The notes under the pieces were generated by a model. It worked only from the letters and a program-made list of their open reading frames with translations. It did not search any database and had not been told where the DNA came from. A stretch of 64,000 nucleotides of DNA. Source: a virus. Lineage: Duplodnaviria; Caudoviricetes. Of the stretch, positions 63,008-64,000 are shown piece by piece (positions within the stretch are counted from its first letter, which is position 1; each line of letters starts with the position of its first letter). The DNA lies in the IMG/VR virus record IMGVR_UViG_2882682849_000004, positions 5,296-69,295 of that record. One strand, 5' to 3'. The translations under genes and the position numbers were made by a program.

Positions 63008-64000
63008 ATGAAAAAGAAAAAAGCTTCACCGCGTCATGTTGCCTACGGTGACGGAGAATTTAATTTTGAGGAATTGCCATTGCCTGTGGTACTCTATCCT
63101 CCTCATTATGGTGCTTTCTTTGCTTTCAAAAAAAGTGTTGGTGATAAAAATGTTTATTTATGTTCTTGTTCCAAAAAAGCAGTGATAAATTTTATTGACT
63201 TAGTCAAAAATAGTAGCCAAAGCGAGTACAATAAGGAAATTACATATTATCACTATTTTCCAATTGATTTTCTAAACAATATATTTAAATGGGACGCGAG
63301 TTATGCTGAAACTATTATAAACAATAAAGATGAGATTTTTAAAGATAACTTATGCCATTCTTGCAATTTAAAAACCCCAAAGTACGATTATTGTATTCCT
63401 ATGTATGGTTCCAAATTTAAACGTGAATATGGTTGGTATATTTTACAAAAAGAGTTGGAATTGGGGATCCTATATCCTACATTCTTATTAGACCAAGTGC
63501 CCAATGATATTATTAGCCAAGTACTTTCACTAATTGAATTAACATCCCTAAAAGAAATGACACCTGAACAAGCAAAAGAGCATTCTTCCCTATACAAGCA
63601 AATAAAAAATTTTGCTGAAAATGCTGTAAGAGAACATTTTGGTGCAAAGAAAATCGGACAACAATGGAACTCGGAAACAAATTTATATAAAATTATTTCC
63701 CAGATATATGTAAATGAAAAAATTTATTTTCATTATAGACCCGAATGGTTAGATGGATTGGAAATAGACATATATATACCAGAGTTGAATTTAGCAATAG
63801 AGTATCAAGGAATCCAGCATTATAAGCCTCTCAAACACTGGGGTGGAGAAGAAGGTTTTGTAACCAGAAGGGCTAATGATATAAGAAAGAAAAAATTATG
63901 TCAGGTTCATGGAACTAAACTGATTGAGTTCTCATATTTAGAAAAAATAACGGAAGAACTTGTCGCTCAGAAATTGGAACCATATATAGCCCAATTGTAA
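63008..64000 (+). CDS. Lysogen-expressed protein with C-terminal Vsr/DUF559-like PD-(D/E)xK nuclease domain
   Basis: RPEWLDGLEIDIYIPELNLAIEYQGIQHY...NDIRKKKLC; N-terminal CSC and CHSC Cys motifs. Confidence 0.65.
   Translation: MKKKKASPRHVAYGDGEFNFEELPLPVVLYPPHYGAFFAFKKSVGDKNVYLCSCSKKAVINFIDLVKNSSQSEYNKEITYYHYFPIDFLNNIFKWDASYAETIINNKDEIFKDNLCHSCNLKTPKYDYCIPMYGSKFKREYGWYILQKELELGILYPTFLLDQVPNDIISQVLSLIELTSLKEMTPEQAKEHSSLYKQIKNFAENAVREHFGAKKIGQQWNSETNLYKIISQIYVNEKIYFHYRPEWLDGLEIDIYIPELNLAIEYQGIQHYKPLKHWGGEEGFVTRRANDIRKKKLCQVHGTKLIEFSYLEKITEELVAQKLEPYIAQL

Larger units (their letters stand above)
3983..64000 (-). mobile_element. Prophage with contractile tail (sheath, baseplate J), ~60 kb visible; integrase end beyond window
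   Basis: Lysogeny switch, replication, packaging, head, tail and lysis modules in canonical order. Confidence 0.96.

Noticed and set aside
69-63597. The many 60-240 aa ORFs antisense to or nested in assigned genes (e.g. 2179-2895, 9210-9797, 13472-14002, 36402-36959, 48914-49651)
   Set aside because: Shadow frames of real genes: no RBS, no recognisable motifs, inconsistent with operon direction
1-64000. tRNA, rRNA, group I/II introns, inteins, IS elements
   Set aside because: No cloverleaf, rRNA-like tract, RT/maturase, homing endonuclease or transposase motifs were recognised; TerL and replication genes are of normal length. Not excluded without tRNAscan or Infernal

Overview
The window holds two tandem integrated elements from a gut-type Clostridia (Lachnospiraceae-like) genome. 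Positions 1-~3990 are the end of a small integrative element with a divergent XRE regulator, xis, tyrosine integrase, MobC-like protein and AAA replicase. A 15-bp copy of what looks like the guaA 3' end (ATTGAGTTCGAGTGA, 'IEFE*', 3983-3997) separates it from a ~60 kb prophage with a contractile tail. The prophage runs to the window end, almost all on the minus strand, and its integrase is outside the window. Its modules from right to left are: cI/cro switch, recombination/replication (fused SbcD-SbcC, replisome organiser, DnaC-like, PcfK/PcfJ, RecU, DnaN), DNA methylases and radical-SAM genes, a late regulator, a Na+/solute symporter + 2 PAPS-reductase-like + 2 ParB-like cluster, terminase, portal fused to a NUDIX domain, head, tail, baseplate, lysis and an accessory regulon. 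The most striking feature is a tail-tip inversion system built from two nested pairs of inverted sites around a tyrosine recombinase. All four sites fit TTAAAT-N4-ATTTAA, with a different 4-bp spacer for each pair. The outer pair would swap the C-terminus of a tail-tip protein; the inner pair would re-orient the recombinase and two downstream genes. No CRISPR array, reverse transcriptase, tRNA or rRNA was seen. Family assignments come from motif recognition only; no database search was run.
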